From: a virus
Lineage: Duplodnaviria; Caudoviricetes
Virus record (IMG/VR): IMGVR_UViG_3300025735_000003
Coordinates: 21,607-85,606 of that record
DNA: 64,000 nt
Reading direction: 5' to 3' (one strand)
Shown here: positions 28,879 to 38,436 of the stretch, piece by piece
Layout: each line of letters begins with the position of its first letter
Position numbering within the stretch: position 1 is the first letter of the stretch
Program-made: the position numbers and the translations under genes
The notes under the pieces: generated by a model
Databases searched by the model: none
Seen by the model: only the letters and a program-made list of their open reading frames with translations
Told to the model about the DNA's origin: nothing

Positions 28879-29576
28879 GGTATAAAATGAGACACTTTCT
28901 ATCTGCAACACTTATGTTCCTAACCCTAGCTGTATTCACTATAAATGCGAATGCTACAGTCACATGGATTCTGCTTGGCGATAGTATCATGTCGGATGTA
29001 CCGGGAGGTACAGCAAGTCAGTTATCAATCAATCTTGTAAGTAATGAGAGAGATGTTATATTCAAGAGTATCGCATCTCCCGGTATAGGACTGGGGCAAT
29101 CTGGTCAATATGGTTATAATACTAATAGTCTTGATGATACGCTGACTCGCATTGGTGGATTTTACAGTGCATACCACGGCATCATGATTCAAGCTGGTAC
29201 AAATGACTATTCAATGAATGTGCCTTGGCAAGACACTTATTCATCGTTAACAAGAATAATGCTTCATGCCCGAAATCACGGGAAAAAAGTTATGGTGTTA
29301 GATCCACTGTGGAGGAACGGGGAAGGCAATAAAAATACACTGGGCTATGACCTAAGTACTTATCGGTACATAATGAAAACTGTCTGCACTAAAGATTTTG
29401 CAGACGTCTGTCGGTTTGCTCCAAGGGAGCACACTTTCATGGGTACAAGTGCAGCATGGAACTACTACAAAGCAGAGGAGGTGACGAATGGCACACAGTT
29501 GCACCCTAACGCTACAGGGCACCGATACATGGCGGATTGGATTAAAGCGGAAGGTGCTGAGTTTGGTTACTTTTAG
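28875..29576 (+). CDS. exported SGNH/GDSL hydrolase
   Basis: Signal peptide ending ANA; LGDS, GTND, LHPN. Confidence 0.8.
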   Translation: MRYKMRHFLSATLMFLTLAVFTINANATVTWILLGDSIMSDVPGGTASQLSINLVSNERDVIFKSIASPGIGLGQSGQYGYNTNSLDDTLTRIGGFYSAYHGIMIQAGTNDYSMNVPWQDTYSSLTRIMLHARNHGKKVMVLDPLWRNGEGNKNTLGYDLSTYRYIMKTVCTKDFADVCRFAPREHTFMGTSAAWNYYKAEEVTNGTQLHPNATGHRYMADWIKAEGAEFGYF

Positions 29577-29604
29577 TCTTTCAGTGGTTGATAAATTTTA
29601 AGCA

Positions 29605-29645
29605 AAAGAAAGCCTCGCTTCCCATTGACGGAGAGCGAGGCTTTT
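29605..29645. terminator. bidirectional terminator at the convergence of the middle and late operons
   Basis: AAAAGAAAGCCTCGCT...AGCGAGGCTTTT. Confidence 0.85.
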
Positions 29646-29702
29646 AAATAGCTGAGATATAGTGAATGGCGAGGCTTTTAAATAGCTGAGATATAGTGAA
29701 TG
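29635..29702. repeat. perfect 34-bp tandem duplication
   Basis: GCGAGGCTTTTAAATAGCTGAGATATAGTGAATG at 29635-29668 and 29669-29702. Confidence 0.9.
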
Positions 29703-29747
29703 GCGTCACTATTCAAATGTCTTCTAGGGAAGTTCTTATTCTTAGAT

Positions 29748-30089
29748 TTAATTATTTGTCAGAGTGTTGATATTATTGTTGATTACTTTCTGACTCAATT
29801 TCTTATCTTGCTCTAACATATCAACACGCTTAGTCAACAAACTAATCTGTCCGCTACTTGTATTCTGATAGTTATCTTGTTTCTCATCTGTTCTGTTGAT
29901 TCGTGTTTCCAGATAGGCAGTGTTGTTACCAACCAACTTAACCATCTCTTGCTTTGCACTCTCAAGCTTATTACTGAAAGCTAGGCTATCATCACCAGAC
30001 TTATTACTAATAAAAAGAACAGATGCCATAAGGATTAGGACAGTGAAGTGAATAATGTCAATCGCCCTCTTAAGAATATCCCATCCCAT
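29748..30089 (-). CDS. single-TM coiled-coil protein in the lysis cassette
   Basis: N-terminal TM IIHFTVLILMASVLFI. Confidence 0.7.
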   Translation of the reverse strand: MGWDILKRAIDIIHFTVLILMASVLFISNKSGDDSLAFSNKLESAKQEMVKLVGNNTAYLETRINRTDEKQDNYQNTSSGQISLLTKRVDMLEQDKKLSQKVINNNINTLTNN

Positions 30090-30101
30090 AAGTGAAGCTC
30101 C

Positions 30102-30416
30102 TTAGTTCTTATTCTTTATGCTGCCTAGATAACGATCAAGCTGACGCATAATGTCTTGTTGATTAGAGTCAATTCTTTGTGCTAGGTTAGAAAAACCTGC
30201 ATCCATTCTGCTGTTAGTCCTGACTTCCATCTCACGCATATCTGACTTCCCAACCTTATCCATCTGAAGGAGGACAATCTTGTCATTAGCAGAACGTACA
30301 TCATTTACAACATCTTTATAGGCCATGCCCATATATGTAACCACTAATGTGAGCAAGGCTATACAAGCACGCTCCCACAGGTTATTCATCCGTTCATTAG
30401 CACTATCATTTGGCAT
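30102..30416 (-). CDS. single-TM coiled-coil protein in the lysis cassette
   Basis: ATG at 30416 (MPNDS); TM ACIALLTLVVTYMGMAY. Confidence 0.7.
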   Translation of the reverse strand: MPNDSANERMNNLWERACIALLTLVVTYMGMAYKDVVNDVRSANDKIVLLQMDKVGKSDMREMEVRTNSRMDAGFSNLAQRIDSNQQDIMRQLDRYLGSIKNKN

Positions 30417-30696
30417 TGTAGAGTTCCATCTGAAATTTCTTGTTCTTACGGATAGCATCCATCTGTTTTTCCCACAAACCAATACAACCCACATTCTTGT
30501 TCTGTGCAAGAGCTAGGTCAATCAAACTCTCACCGGCAGGTTTAGCACGGCAAGGGCTCACAAGAAGTACATCACTTGGGTAGACATTCGTTATCATTGG
30601 GGTAGGTGGTGCAATAACCTTGTTTGAGCAGCTGGACAATACGAGGACTAAGCAACCCATCGTCAGGTAGGACAGAACTTTCTTTAAGACTTTCAT
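30406..30696 (-). CDS. o-spanin (Rz1-like lipoprotein)
   Basis: Lipobox LSSC, Pro-rich segment, overlaps the i-spanin. Confidence 0.8.
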   Translation of the reverse strand: MKVLKKVLSYLTMGCLVLVLSSCSNKVIAPPTPMITNVYPSDVLLVSPCRAKPAGESLIDLALAQNKNVGCIGLWEKQMDAIRKNKKFQMELYNAK

Positions 30697-31006
30697 TCTT
30701 AATTATCTCTTGTTTTACTTGAGGCTTTGGTAATCTTAGTTTCTCAATATTGTCAGATACCACTTCAATTTTAGTTTGAAGATCTTTTTTCTCAGCTTCC
30801 ACTTCAACTACTGAAGTATGATCAATCTTACAGCTCAAATCCTTTAAGTTAAGGGACTTTTGCATATCAGAATTGACGTTGATGGCTTGGGTAAGTGCTT
30901 CCACAGCTATCACTTTATCGTCGTGTAGAGATAGAGAAAGCCAACCTAAAGCTGCTGTACTTGCAGACAATCCAAGGATAATGTAGAACGTTAAACTATT
31001 GAACAT
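30572..31006 (-). CDS. i-spanin (Rz-like)
   Basis: N-terminal TM (MFNSLTFYIILG...), coiled coil, C-terminal Cys pair. Confidence 0.75.
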   Translation of the reverse strand: MFNSLTFYIILGLSASTAALGWLSLSLHDDKVIAVEALTQAINVNSDMQKSLNLKDLSCKIDHTSVVEVEAEKKDLQTKIEVVSDNIEKLRLPKPQVKQEIIKNESLKESSVLPDDGLLSPRIVQLLKQGYCTTYPNDNECLPK

Positions 31007-31241
31007 TATCCTCTTCCTTATCAGAGCTTTGCTTAATAAATTTACCAGCAGCACCTAAGCAAGCAACAAACCCCATTGCTAGAATAATGTATGTAGGGCT
31101 CAATGAAACAAGCCCCATACCAAACGCTAGACTAAGGCCGTAGGCAACACTGAGGAGGACAGTGCCAACTAACGATAGGAAAGAGTAAGACTTCAGATGA
31201 GCAATAGGATTATCAATTATCTTTGGTTTCTTTATCTTCAT
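30996..31241 (-). CDS. putative holin/pinholin
   Basis: Two to three TM segments, basic N-terminus, directly after the endolysin. Confidence 0.6.
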   Translation of the reverse strand: MKIKKPKIIDNPIAHLKSYSFLSLVGTVLLSVAYGLSLAFGMGLVSLSPTYIILAMGFVACLGAAGKFIKQSSDKEEDNVQ

Positions 31242-31779
31242 TGGCTAAATCCTTTACTTCTTGTGGAACATCACCTATGCACCATAGGTACTCTGCTGAG
31301 GCCCTGTTAATCAAACCTTTGATAACAACCTTTTCACCTTTCATGTTCTTGCCATAAACCCATTTGTTAAGTTCATCGCAAACAAGGTCGTGTCTACCAG
31401 CATTGAAATACTTCAGCATTGTGCTAGATTGCAGATTGCCAATCCCCTTGTTAAAGGTGAAATCTAGCATTGCTCCATATTCCCAATCTGACTTGAAAGG
31501 AACTTTAGTAACAGAGCGCAGTTGTTTATCGTGTTTGATAAGATCATCTGCATACTTCTGAATACACTGATCATAAGTAAGAGACTTCCCAACCTTAACA
31601 TCTGGTCCCGTACTTCCTAGACAAATAGTAGGAACACCACCTGTATCTAGGTAAGTTTTCAGAACAGGTTGCCCATTAGGTGCCTCAGAAGGTGCTGTCA
31701 TAAATGCACCGACTAATGCCAAGGAGCTAGCAAGACCAACCCCAAGAAGCTTTTTATACAAATTAGAGTTGATGCTCAT
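31213..31779 (-). CDS. SAR-type endolysin (GH24 lysozyme)
   Basis: Gly/Ala-rich N-terminal SAR helix; E..YLDTGGVPTIC; FTFNKG; WVYG; GLINRA. Confidence 0.88.
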   Translation of the reverse strand: MSINSNLYKKLLGVGLASSLALVGAFMTAPSEAPNGQPVLKTYLDTGGVPTICLGSTGPDVKVGKSLTYDQCIQKYADDLIKHDKQLRSVTKVPFKSDWEYGAMLDFTFNKGIGNLQSSTMLKYFNAGRHDLVCDELNKWVYGKNMKGEKVVIKGLINRASAEYLWCIGDVPQEVKDLANEDKETKDN

Positions 31780-31792
31780 ATTACCTCAATAC

Positions 31793-31954
31793 TCAGATAA
31801 ACAAAGATTTCATAGAGTCCATAAAAGTGATATACCGAATATCATCTTCCTCCACCTCACCAAGATTTTCCCAAACCTCTGGATCTTGCTCACAAGTAAA
31901 CACTGTAGAAACAGTCTCTTCTGTACTATCAGAAAAAGCAACGTATATAATCAT
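31793..31954 (-). CDS. small tail-fibre-associated protein (53 aa, below the ORF-track cutoff)
   Basis: MIIYVAFSDSTEETVSTVFTCEQDPEVWENLGEVEEDDIRY, immediately after the fibre gene. Confidence 0.65.
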   Translation of the reverse strand: MIIYVAFSDSTEETVSTVFTCEQDPEVWENLGEVEEDDIRYITFMDSMKSLFI

Positions 31955-31961
31955 ATTAATC

Positions 31962-33068
31962 TCAGACTGTGTAGGAGCTTACATTCACCACGACATTATA
32001 CGTCCCCAACGAGGCCACTCCACGATAATAGAGGGTTTGAGGGGTTGCAATAGGTATAGAGGGGAAAGAGCTTACCATTGTTGCGTTAGCTGTTGGGCTA
32101 GTTGTTCCACAAGCCACCCTGCCGATTTCAAGGGAAGACCCAGATATAACCAAGCTGCATCCAGCCCCCGCGCTGGAAGACCCAACAGTAAAATCTCCCC
32201 GGCAGGAATTGGCATTTCTAGGAACTACAGCAGCAATAGAGAATGATGTCAAACTAGCCTGTTGAGTAGATGTAGCCAACACCGTATTTGTCAGTAAACC
32301 AACTTCTCTGCCAGCCTGTACATACTGCACGAACTGGTTACTTCCATTTGTAGGAAGTACACTTATAAGTGCAGAAGAAGTATACCCCGAAGGCATGTTT
32401 ACGCCGGGGTAGACATTTGAAAGCACCACACTTGTTGCGTTCACCCCCAACAACGCACTAACACCAGTAGTGGGGTTGTAAATAGCATATACACCAACAT
32501 AGCCAGATGTTGGTGCAGCCCCAGTATCCATTCCACCAACCCCTACCGTTGCAATATTTAAAGATTTACTGAAGGATGATAGCTTATATCGTGCACCTGT
32601 GAACCCCACCCCGACAACCAGCTCATCTGCCGTAAAAGATGTTGTGGTGCTAGCCGCAGCAAGAGAGGACTTTAAGTTCAGCTCTTTCCCTACAATAGTT
32701 CCAGCTGCTGCAAGAGCTGCTGAATCAATCCAAGCTATTTTCCAATAAGTGTCGGTGGTGTCTGTGGTGGGGTTCTGCCCGAGACTGTCTTGGACCGCTA
32801 CATAAACTACACCATCAGATCCTTGCACATAAGAACGCACGCCAGATGTGGTAAAATAATAGTTAGATGCAGCATCCCATTCACTAATCCCTTTCTGAAA
32901 TAAGTGCAGAATTGCATTGTCTTGACGATTCTGGAGAAAGTTTTCCCACTGAAAAGGTGGTACTTCTGCTGTCCAACCTGTTTGAATTTTAACATTACTT
33001 GGTGATACAATTGCACCACCAGAAGACCACTGGTAGGAGAAGTCTGGTTTTACAACTTCGTTAGCCAT
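31962..33068 (-). CDS. tail fibre protein
   Basis: KIQTGW..PPFQWENFLQN..KGISEWD baseplate anchor; follows DUF2612. Confidence 0.85.
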   Translation of the reverse strand: MANEVVKPDFSYQWSSGGAIVSPSNVKIQTGWTAEVPPFQWENFLQNRQDNAILHLFQKGISEWDAASNYYFTTSGVRSYVQGSDGVVYVAVQDSLGQNPTTDTTDTYWKIAWIDSAALAAAGTIVGKELNLKSSLAAASTTTSFTADELVVGVGFTGARYKLSSFSKSLNIATVGVGGMDTGAAPTSGYVGVYAIYNPTTGVSALLGVNATSVVLSNVYPGVNMPSGYTSSALISVLPTNGSNQFVQYVQAGREVGLLTNTVLATSTQQASLTSFSIAAVVPRNANSCRGDFTVGSSSAGAGCSLVISGSSLEIGRVACGTTSPTANATMVSSFPSIPIATPQTLYYRGVASLGTYNVVVNVSSYTV

Positions 33069-33083
33069 TAATATATTTCCTTG

Positions 33084-33833
33084 TTAGAGGAGCTGACCAT
33101 ATTGTCCGCCCAACGATAAATCACTTAAATCTCCATAACCTTTGGCGTTAGGAGCACCTTGAAAACCAAAGAAGTTTTCAGCAATAAATTGTCCAAAGTT
33201 AATTCTTACACCAATGGGTTTAGGAACAAACCTTGAAGGATAACCTGAAGAGTAGGATGTATAATTTAGTAGCACCCTCTCAAACGAAGTAAGGACACGC
33301 CCCATCATCAATGTAAATTCAGCATTACCTTCCGCAACCACTAGATTAATATCAATACCGAATACGAATTGCATGAATTCAATAAATTGGTTTGGTGTAG
33401 CATTTGTATTGTTCTTAATAATTTTAGCTTTGATAAACAGACGGTATTGCTCGTCTGTAAGGAGTGTGTTCCCAGCCAGTGGATTGTTGATGTCGTAATA
33501 AGGTCCGCCAAGAGATGGGTTATCCAAATCACCATAGGACTGAGCATCTGGATAACCTTGGAAGGCAAAGAATACAAGGAGTGCTGTATCAATAAGCTCT
33601 CTCGGTTGACCAACAATATCTCCAATGATGTCTAGTTGAGCACCAACAGCAGTGTCGATAGATCGTTCTTGCATCAATTGACGGAAGACTTCTTGAAGCT
33701 CAATCTTGCCACCGAGGAGGAGTTGGAGGTACTTGTCAAACACCGGGTGGTCATCAGTTTTGAACTGTTCAGTTACACGAGAGCGAGCAACTTCTAGGTA
33801 CTCTTGAATCTCAAAAAGGTTGACTTCTGACAT
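33084..33833 (-). CDS. baseplate wedge subunit (DUF2612)
   Basis: IDTAVGAQLDIIGDIVG; LTDEQYRLFIKAKI; PKPIGV. Confidence 0.85.
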   Translation of the reverse strand: MSEVNLFEIQEYLEVARSRVTEQFKTDDHPVFDKYLQLLLGGKIELQEVFRQLMQERSIDTAVGAQLDIIGDIVGQPRELIDTALLVFFAFQGYPDAQSYGDLDNPSLGGPYYDINNPLAGNTLLTDEQYRLFIKAKIIKNNTNATPNQFIEFMQFVFGIDINLVVAEGNAEFTLMMGRVLTSFERVLLNYTSYSSGYPSRFVPKPIGVRINFGQFIAENFFGFQGAPNAKGYGDLSDLSLGGQYGQLL

Positions 33834-33842
33834 ACAACCTCC

Positions 33843-35282
33843 TTAAGTTATAATGATGTTTACGCTTGAAATTGAGGCAATACTGTCGAAGCTAATTGGA
33901 ATATTAATAGTTCCAACCGGACTTGGAGAGGTGCCAATAGTGAGTGTGTTAACTTGATGACCGCTGACTGCGTTTATTGGGGTGTAGACACGGCTATATA
34001 TGACATCATCCCCTGTGCCGAAGTTAGCGGCAAAGTATGCAAGGATGTTAGAACGAATAAGATCATTACCATTAGCTGGGAAGTTCACATCTGTAGTGAT
34101 ATCCATGCTAATGTAGGTAACAACTGGGTTTGGACGTGAGAAACTAACAGCGTGAGGAGAACCTTGCACGTCATTAATGTTTACAGTGGTATTACCGTAA
34201 CTCAAGATACCAACAGGCTTATTGTTCCAGATTGCATTAGCAATATCTGTAGACAACCCACCAGAAACAATGGGGAGGAAGCTGTGTGCAGGGACGCCAT
34301 TACCATCTACTACGCTTGTATCATTCTCATAGATAGTGACTTCACTCACATTATCAAGATTGATAAGAGCAGAGTAGATGGCATCTAATGTGTTAGTTGC
34401 TCGATCAAACTTACCGTTACGAAAGCGTAAACGAAGCTCTTCATCCGTTTCACGATCTTCACCGGGAGTTGCAGCAACTGGGTTGTTTACACTATCCCAT
34501 CCAAGCATCGGTGTAAGAATGGTATCAATAGTATTTGCTGGTTGAACAATGATGCCAGAGTCTACAGCAACCACTTCCCCGACGGTTCTTACCTTGTTAA
34601 TACCAAGATTAACAGAAGTAGTGAAGCTTACGGTCTGGAAGATATCATTACGATCAATTACAAGCGTGGTGCCAACAACAGAAGAAGTCAGTGTTGGGTG
34701 AGCACCAGCAATAACACTTTGCATTCCAGAAAGAATCTCTGCGAGCGTAGCACTCGCATCAGATGTAAATGTGATGGTGTTAGAGGTTGTTGTATTGGCA
34801 TAAGTGATGGTGTAAGCAGTGCTATTCTGTAGGGTGACTACGGAGATGGTAATGCCGCTAGCGTTGCTGGCTGCTAGAGAAATCGCGCCAGTTGTAGTGA
34901 ATTGCTCACCAGTTGTAGAGCTACTTACAGTCTGTCCTACAGGGATAAGTGTATTAGTGTCACCAGCAACTAGAATAGACGAAGTAGTGAAGGTTTGCTC
35001 TTTACGTGTCAGACCGGCATAGGCTACGAGGTTATCAAGAGCAATGCCCGTAGCAGAGTTTGGGTCAAAGGCTGCGTAGACTTCTTGGGCAGCTTCCCAT
35101 AGGTCGGCTTCACTTGGGGAATCTAATGCAATCAAACGGCCTAGAATAGAGCTGGAGGACGTGTCAACAATATCTCCAACAGCTACTAAGTCTTGGAATA
35201 GCTGGACAGCAAGGGCGGCTTTATCCCCATAGATTTCAGTAAGCCTTTTAATTATAAATCCCGCGTCTGTTACGCCCGCCAT
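33843..35282 (-). CDS. baseplate J-like protein
   Basis: ATGIALDNL; GEDRETDEELRLR. Confidence 0.88.
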   Translation of the reverse strand: MAGVTDAGFIIKRLTEIYGDKAALAVQLFQDLVAVGDIVDTSSSSILGRLIALDSPSEADLWEAAQEVYAAFDPNSATGIALDNLVAYAGLTRKEQTFTTSSILVAGDTNTLIPVGQTVSSSTTGEQFTTTGAISLAASNASGITISVVTLQNSTAYTITYANTTTSNTITFTSDASATLAEILSGMQSVIAGAHPTLTSSVVGTTLVIDRNDIFQTVSFTTSVNLGINKVRTVGEVVAVDSGIIVQPANTIDTILTPMLGWDSVNNPVAATPGEDRETDEELRLRFRNGKFDRATNTLDAIYSALINLDNVSEVTIYENDTSVVDGNGVPAHSFLPIVSGGLSTDIANAIWNNKPVGILSYGNTTVNINDVQGSPHAVSFSRPNPVVTYISMDITTDVNFPANGNDLIRSNILAYFAANFGTGDDVIYSRVYTPINAVSGHQVNTLTIGTSPSPVGTINIPISFDSIASISSVNIIIT

Positions 35283-35295
35283 ATCTTTGAATCCT

Positions 35296-35670
35296 TTAAA
35301 TTATATTGTTTAGCGTAATCAGAGATGTATTCTCACCATTCACCACTTTGGCTTGAAACACTAAGGAATACTGTCTGTTCTTGAATGTAGACTTGAAGGA
35401 GACAATTTCCTTAACACCGACTTCCGAGAGAATTTGGCTTTGAAATATTAGGTCAGTAGCGGCTTTACTTACTTGCTTGTGGCCGAGCAAAGATTGAAAG
35501 TAGGGAACACCATAAGTAGTGTCCCAAAACCACTCTTCCAAAAAAGTCTGTAGCCGAATACGCAAACGTTGTTCTACAGTTTGAGTAAATGGTTGGGTTG
35601 TATATTCTTTAGTGAGAGGGCCGTTAAAGAATACAGCATCGTTGGTTTCAACTATAAGTAGTAGATCCAT
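35296..35670 (-). CDS. baseplate wedge / sheath initiator (gp25/W-like)
   Basis: RLRIRLQTFLEEWFWDTTYGVPY. Confidence 0.8.
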   Translation of the reverse strand: MDLLLIVETNDAVFFNGPLTKEYTTQPFTQTVEQRLRIRLQTFLEEWFWDTTYGVPYFQSLLGHKQVSKAATDLIFQSQILSEVGVKEIVSFKSTFKNRQYSLVFQAKVVNGENTSLITLNNII

Positions 35671-35671
35671 A

Positions 35672-36418
35672 TTAAATCATTGTCCCCGAAGTTCCTGTAC
35701 CAACCGTAACACCTGTATGCTTATGCAGGTTGATGTTAATAGTATTAAGTATGTAAGTTCCAGTTTGAGTGTAGTCACCCTGCTGAACAATCTTACCTAT
35801 CCACAAGGTATTGGGTACATCCACCGTCATAGTTTCGGCATTAAGATTGATACTTTCAGAGGCATTCACAGTGGCGTTGGCACAATTAATGATTACATCT
35901 TTGTTAGATGTATTAATCTCAATATTACCATCAGCTTTAATTCTTACTTCAGCTTCAGAACCACCGACATTGGAGAACATGACAGTATCTTTAGTGTCAT
36001 GAGTAAGAACATGCTTACCAACACTGTTTACTGATACGCCGGGAGGCTGGATACCGGGAATAAAGATTGCATCCCCTTTATCCATCTTAGCAAAGTTCAT
36101 TGGGCTTGCTGGTCTACCATTACCACCCTTCCAACCATCCATATTCCTCATAGAGAAAATGGCTGTCCCAGTATCTCCGGGGTTGATTGGGAAAGTCATG
36201 CCGCCAGTATTGCTTACAGGAAAGGAGATTGGAACACCAAGAATCACAGTACGTTCTTTAATAGTCCCATCTTTAAACTTTTGATTAATAGTTGGTTGGA
36301 TGTCTACAGTAGAACCATCTCTTACACTAACTACAATACAAGGGATTGCTGTGTAAAGGTTATTAATTTGAGAGTTAAAGGCTGACACTATAAGATCTTG
36401 AATAACATCTGTTGTCAT
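35672..36418 (-). CDS. baseplate spike (Gp138-like)
   Basis: N-terminal OB fold, beta-helix, terminal HKH motif. Confidence 0.85.
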   Translation of the reverse strand: MTTDVIQDLIVSAFNSQINNLYTAIPCIVVSVRDGSTVDIQPTINQKFKDGTIKERTVILGVPISFPVSNTGGMTFPINPGDTGTAIFSMRNMDGWKGGNGRPASPMNFAKMDKGDAIFIPGIQPPGVSVNSVGKHVLTHDTKDTVMFSNVGGSEAEVRIKADGNIEINTSNKDVIINCANATVNASESINLNAETMTVDVPNTLWIGKIVQQGDYTQTGTYILNTININLHKHTGVTVGTGTSGTMI

Positions 36419-37305
36419 TAAGTGGTTACCTTCTCTAGTGCCGTTGCTCTTATTTCCGTATACCAGTCATTGGAACGCCATCCGCCAGTATGACGAAGGT
36501 CATCTACTCGGAACCAACCTGTAATAAGGGAGTCTTCAAGTTTGATGATATCTCCGGCCACAATGTCAGGGTTCAATAGAATCTTAAGTTGAACACCGGG
36601 TTTACGGGCTTGGTCTTTCTTTGACCTACGCTTATCACCAGCAACACGATATGCTTTATCCATCAACCCTGTATAACGAGAGATGACGTAAGCTTGTGGG
36701 AAGTTCTCGGTGTTTGCCCTATCAATGTTGTGCAGGTAAAGAGTGTCACCCTCAACTTGCCAATCTACAGCGTACTTTTCAGACAGCTCGTCAAGCATCT
36801 CGCGAGGAGTACCCATTAAAGGGTAACCGTAGATAATTGGATTATTAAGGTTAGTTCCGTTGTACAACCCACGAGAGACACCCGGAAGATTCTTTCTAAT
36901 AGCTTCAGCTACATCTCTAACTGTACCACCCGGAGGAACCAACTCACTCAACACTTGGTGATTAAGTTCTGTGTACCCAGCCCCCATCTGAATTTGAGTA
37001 ACCCGGTCAGCACCACTTTTACGTGTACTCACGTTAGTTACTTTACCAGAGAATAGAAGCTTTATCCCGCCTGTATCTTTATAGCCAGTAGAGAAGGAAG
37101 CAACAGGGTAGTCTAAGTCAAGTAGTTTTAATGATTCATCTGAAAGATTATAGATTTCAATGGCTGCTGAGTTTGTTCGCTTTTTATTATTCGTGCTTTT
37201 GCTGATATCAAAGGTAACTTGCAAACTATCAACTAACAAACCTTGTTTATTTTTGTAATCCCCAATGATTAGTTGGTAGACTCTGTTTCGTTGATAAATT
37301 TCCAT
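36418..37305 (-). CDS. baseplate hub
   Basis: Position; LEIYNL-like motif; LLNPDIVAGDIIKL. Confidence 0.75.
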   Translation of the reverse strand: MEIYQRNRVYQLIIGDYKNKQGLLVDSLQVTFDISKSTNNKKRTNSAAIEIYNLSDESLKLLDLDYPVASFSTGYKDTGGIKLLFSGKVTNVSTRKSGADRVTQIQMGAGYTELNHQVLSELVPPGGTVRDVAEAIRKNLPGVSRGLYNGTNLNNPIIYGYPLMGTPREMLDELSEKYAVDWQVEGDTLYLHNIDRANTENFPQAYVISRYTGLMDKAYRVAGDKRRSKKDQARKPGVQLKILLNPDIVAGDIIKLEDSLITGWFRVDDLRHTGGWRSNDWYTEIRATALEKVTT

Positions 37306-37307
37306 GT

Positions 37308-37643
37308 TTACTCTTCGTCGTCATAGATATAAAAGAATGAGTAAAACTGATTGATTGAATCAGGATACCTTTTATAAGCTTCAGTTTTAATTTCAGCTTT
37401 CTCTTCCAACCAAAAGAAACCAGTTAGCGGGAAAGTGGCATAGTCTTGTAGAATTGGATAATCTGGAACCATAGCCATACTGGAAACAATCACTTCATTA
37501 TCGGCTGTCAACAGTGTAAGAAAGTACAACTGACAGCGTTCATTGTAAGTGAATTGCAGCATATAGGATACGCCTTGCAAAGCCACAGGATACTCATAAA
37601 ATGCATCTGGAAATAAGTCCAGTGAGATATATTTAAGTGCCAT
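37308..37643 (-). CDS. baseplate/virion structural protein
   Basis: Position; YMLQFTYNER motif. Confidence 0.7.
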   Translation of the reverse strand: MALKYISLDLFPDAFYEYPVALQGVSYMLQFTYNERCQLYFLTLLTADNEVIVSSMAMVPDYPILQDYATFPLTGFFWLEEKAEIKTEAYKRYPDSINQFYSFFYIYDDEE

Positions 37644-38422
37644 TATTGCACCACCGTAGCTTGTCTTAGTGGGTCAGTTTCTTTAGGTGAGGTTGTACCA
37701 GCACCAACATCTTGTGGTGTGCTGTCTTGTTTACCTTTCATACTCTTCTGTGAAGCTTTCTTAAGCAGTATGTTTGAAGGGATCCGAGTCTTCTTAAGAT
37801 AGGCAAAAGTCACTTGTTCAAAAGTGATGTCACAATACAAACCATAGCCACTGTTGGCATCTTCTTTGAAGATGATATTTGTGATTACAAGTCTGTTGAT
37901 AATCTTCTTGAGCAGTTGAGCATCAAATTCAAACAACCGAACCAGTTGAATATTAGGATCAAATTGTCCAGTGTCTTCGTTGAAGATTTCCCCAGATATG
38001 AGGCTAACCAAAGCATCACGAATCTGTTCAGTGAGGTCAATCCTTGCAGGATCCATTGCAACATCAGGAGTACTATCAGGGAGGAACTGACCAATACTGT
38101 CTGGAATAAACCTTTTAAGAACACTAGAATCTGTAGAATTTACAGAGACAGCAATAGGAGCTTCTTGGGAGTTGAATGGTGCATTACCGGTGTTATCTTG
38201 AATTAGGTAAGTACCAGTGGAGATATCAACACCAGAGATTACACAAGATAGGGTAATTTTCAAGTTGTCCCTGATGAAGTGGTCAGTGATGTTGACCCCT
38301 GAGTCTACCGGGTGTTTCGTTACCTTACCACTATAGTTCTGTGTGTATACTGTCACAGAGTCTAGGTATACAAACCCACCTGTTTCCTCATTATCTTCTC
38401 CCCAGCGAATTGCCAAAGACAT
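37643..38422 (-). CDS. Dit-like tail tube initiator
   Basis: VTKHPVDSGVNITDH motif. Confidence 0.75.
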   Translation of the reverse strand: MSLAIRWGEDNEETGGFVYLDSVTVYTQNYSGKVTKHPVDSGVNITDHFIRDNLKITLSCVISGVDISTGTYLIQDNTGNAPFNSQEAPIAVSVNSTDSSVLKRFIPDSIGQFLPDSTPDVAMDPARIDLTEQIRDALVSLISGEIFNEDTGQFDPNIQLVRLFEFDAQLLKKIINRLVITNIIFKEDANSGYGLYCDITFEQVTFAYLKKTRIPSNILLKKASQKSMKGKQDSTPQDVGAGTTSPKETDPLRQATVVQ

Positions 38423-38436
38423 ATATTACTCCTTAA

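Noticed and set aside
29635-29705. CRISPR array
   Set aside because: Two abutting copies with no spacer and no cas genes.
31827-32246. Plus-strand ORFs antisense to the tail fibre and endolysin genes
   Set aside because: They overlap well-supported minus-strand genes and lack an RBS or motifs.
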